Of a stretch of 64,000 nucleotides of DNA, positions 62,310 to 64,000 are shown one piece after another. Each line of letters starts with the position of its first letter. Position 1 is the first letter of the stretch. The position numbers and the translations under genes are program-made. The stretch comes from an uncultured Planctomycetaceae bacterium (GTDB lineage: Bacteria; Planctomycetota; Planctomycetia; Isosphaerales; Isosphaeraceae): the NCBI GenBank assembly GCA_963833985.1, contig CAWIAD010000002.1:3680001-3744000 (forward strand). The letters are read 5' to 3'. The notes under the pieces were generated by a model, which was not told the origin of the DNA, made no database searches, and was given only the letters and a program-made list of their open reading frames with translations.

Positions 62310-64000
62310 TCACTTCGCCCCGTCCGGATGCTCCAGCGCGCGATGCTCCCAGGCCAGGGCCGTGGCGCTGGGGAACCCCGCGTAGATCCGGCCGTCGGGT
62401 CCGATGGCGAGGGCCGTGACCCGTTCGCCCGGGCTCGCAATCTTGCCCTCGAGCTGCCAGCTTGCGGTGTCGCGGAGCTCGATGGACCCTTCAGGGGCCG
62501 CAAGGACCGCGGTCCTGCCGTCGGCGGAAAACGCCAGCACCTCGGGCACACTCCATTTCGGCCGGGACGGCGTGTTCACCTCGTTGCCGGTAGCCAGGTC
62601 CCAGAGTTTCACGATTTCGTTCTCAGACAAGCCGGGGGGACGCGCGAAGCCGAGGGAACTCCCGTGCGAGACGACCGCCAGGCGCTTGCCATCCGGCGAC
62701 AGGCGAGCCCGAAAAACCTGTGATCCCGCCTCGCCGGCCGCCGGGAATGACCGCACGACCTGGCCGCTGGCCACGTCCCAGAGCCGGACGGCGGCGTTCA
62801 AGCCGAAATACTGGACCGTCACGAGTGACTTTCCGCCATCGATGAAGAAGACGGCGCCGGCGTCGCCTTCAAAGCCGGCGAACCGGTTGATGGGTGCACC
62901 GCTGGCCAGGTCGATCATGCGCAGCCTGCAACCCGCGAGGGTGGCGTTCGGCTGCGCGGGGTCCTTGTACTGGACCGTCTCGTCGGCCGCGGGCCAGACG
63001 AGATAGCGTCCATCCGGACTGAGGGCAAACCCGCGCTGCGCAGACACGTTCACACGGCGAAGGTGCTCGCCCGTGCGAGCGTTCCAGACGTGTGCGTCGC
63101 CGTCTTCGCCACGGGTAACGATGTGCTGGCCGTTGGGCGTCACGGCAATCTGGGCGACGGGGCTTTCGCCTCCCTCCGGAATCAGCACCTGGCCAGTGGC
63201 CGCATCCCAGCGATCGATCGTGCCGGCGACTGCTGCCACCAGCGTCCTGCCGTCCGCCGCGTAGCGGAGGCCGATCGCACCACGGTCGATCTTCAGGCGT
63301 TCCTGGCCGGTCGACGTGTCAAAGAGCCGAGACGTCGAGCTGCCCGAGGCCGCGAGCGTGCGGCCATCCGGTGAGAAGGCAAGCGATCGGACGCGCAGCG
63401 GGTCGGGAAAGTCGATGCTCAGCCGCTCCCGGCCGCTGGCGGTGTCGAAGAGCTTGATCGCCAGCGTGTCCCTCGCACGGTCGCCGCCGATGGCGATCGT
63501 CGCGCCGTCGGGCGCGTAGGCGACGCAGCGAATGCCGGCCTGGCCGTAGGGCAGCCGGCGCACCTCGCGGCCTGTATCCACCTCCCAGATGCGGGCGAAG
63601 TAGACATCGTTCTCGCTGTCGTACCCGCCGGCTACGAGTTCCTTTCCATCGGGCGAGAAGGCGGCCGCGAAGACGACGTTCGCGTGCCGGTACGTGCGTA
63701 CCACCTTGCCCTGGGCAAGGCTGATCAGGTCCAGGGCGGGGCCCTCGGCGGACGTCATCGCGAGCTGCGTTCCGTCGGGTGAAAAGACGAGGAGGTCGGT
63801 GATGATGGTGCTGCTGGGGTAGGGGTACACGACCTGAGCGGTCTGCTCGCCGCTCGTGGCGCTGTAGGCTGTCACGGTGTGTCGGAACGCGTCCCTGGCC
63901 GCGATCGTCTTGCCGTCTGGCGAGAGCGCGACGGCCTCGATGAGCACGCCAGGGTCAAAGGTCCGCAGCGCATCGCCCGTGGCAAGATCATAGAGGCGGA
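62310..64000 (-). CDS. WD40-repeat protein (5' end outside the window)
   Basis: Repeated FSPDG..LA..WDV/WDL motifs; the ORF runs to the window edge. Confidence 0.88.
   Translation of the reverse strand, partial: RLYDLATGDALRTFDPGVLIEAVALSPDGKTIAARDAFRHTVTAYSATSGEQTAQVVYPYPSSTIITDLLVFSPDGTQLAMTSAEGPALDLISLAQGKVVRTYRHANVVFAAAFSPDGKELVAGGYDSENDVYFARIWEVDTGREVRRLPYGQAGIRCVAYAPDGATIAIGGDRARDTLAIKLFDTASGRERLSIDFPDPLRVRSLAFSPDGRTLAASGSSTSRLFDTSTGQERLKIDRGAIGLRYAADGRTLVAAVAGTIDRWDAATGQVLIPEGGESPVAQIAVTPNGQHIVTRGEDGDAHVWNARTGEHLRRVNVSAQRGFALSPDGRYLVWPAADETVQYKDPAQPNATLAGCRLRMIDLASGAPINRFAGFEGDAGAVFFIDGGKSLVTVQYFGLNAAVRLWDVASGQVVRSFPAAGEAGSQVFRARLSPDGKRLAVVSHGSSLGFARPPGLSENEIVKLWDLATGNEVNTPSRPKWSVPEVLAFSADGRTAVLAAPEGSIELRDTASWQLEGKIASPGERVTALAIGPDGRIYAGFPSATALAWEHRALEHPDGAK

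Overview
A high-GC Planctomycetota window, probably Isosphaeraceae-like (DUF1549/1553, DUF1501, TIGR03067 and many WD40/TPR proteins). It has three parts. (1) 1-~13.9 kb is a visibly lower-GC genomic island abutting the 3' end of tRNA-Ala(GGC). It carries csrA, a sigma-like protein, an XRE/C-protein-like regulator, a truncated clpX, decaying glycoside hydrolases and three paralogous TPR genes with a conserved N-terminus and leader but swapped C-terminal domains. (2) ~14-46 kb is mostly core genes: sthA, a sugar transferase, an aldo/keto reductase, DUF1549/1553-DUF1501, two giant uncharacterised membrane proteins, mqnE-ubiA-ubiX-ubiE, an RRM protein, a GT39 enzyme and hslVU. (3) ~46.4-62 kb is the most interesting part: a minus-strand operon encoding a hydrazine-synthase-like complex in an apparently non-anammox organism. 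It contains an HzsA-like subunit, a CRTAC1/ASPIC-UnbV protein, a fused octaheme-HzsB-HzsC-like protein, a sensor-type propeller and two orphan LivK-like binding proteins, and it converges on a Hyg5-like chorismatase and a TPR-FG-GAP-ASPIC lipoprotein. About a dozen single frameshifts in the core (including in hslU) look like long-read assembly errors, so split ORFs were joined. All family assignments come from motif recognition and recall, not from database searches.
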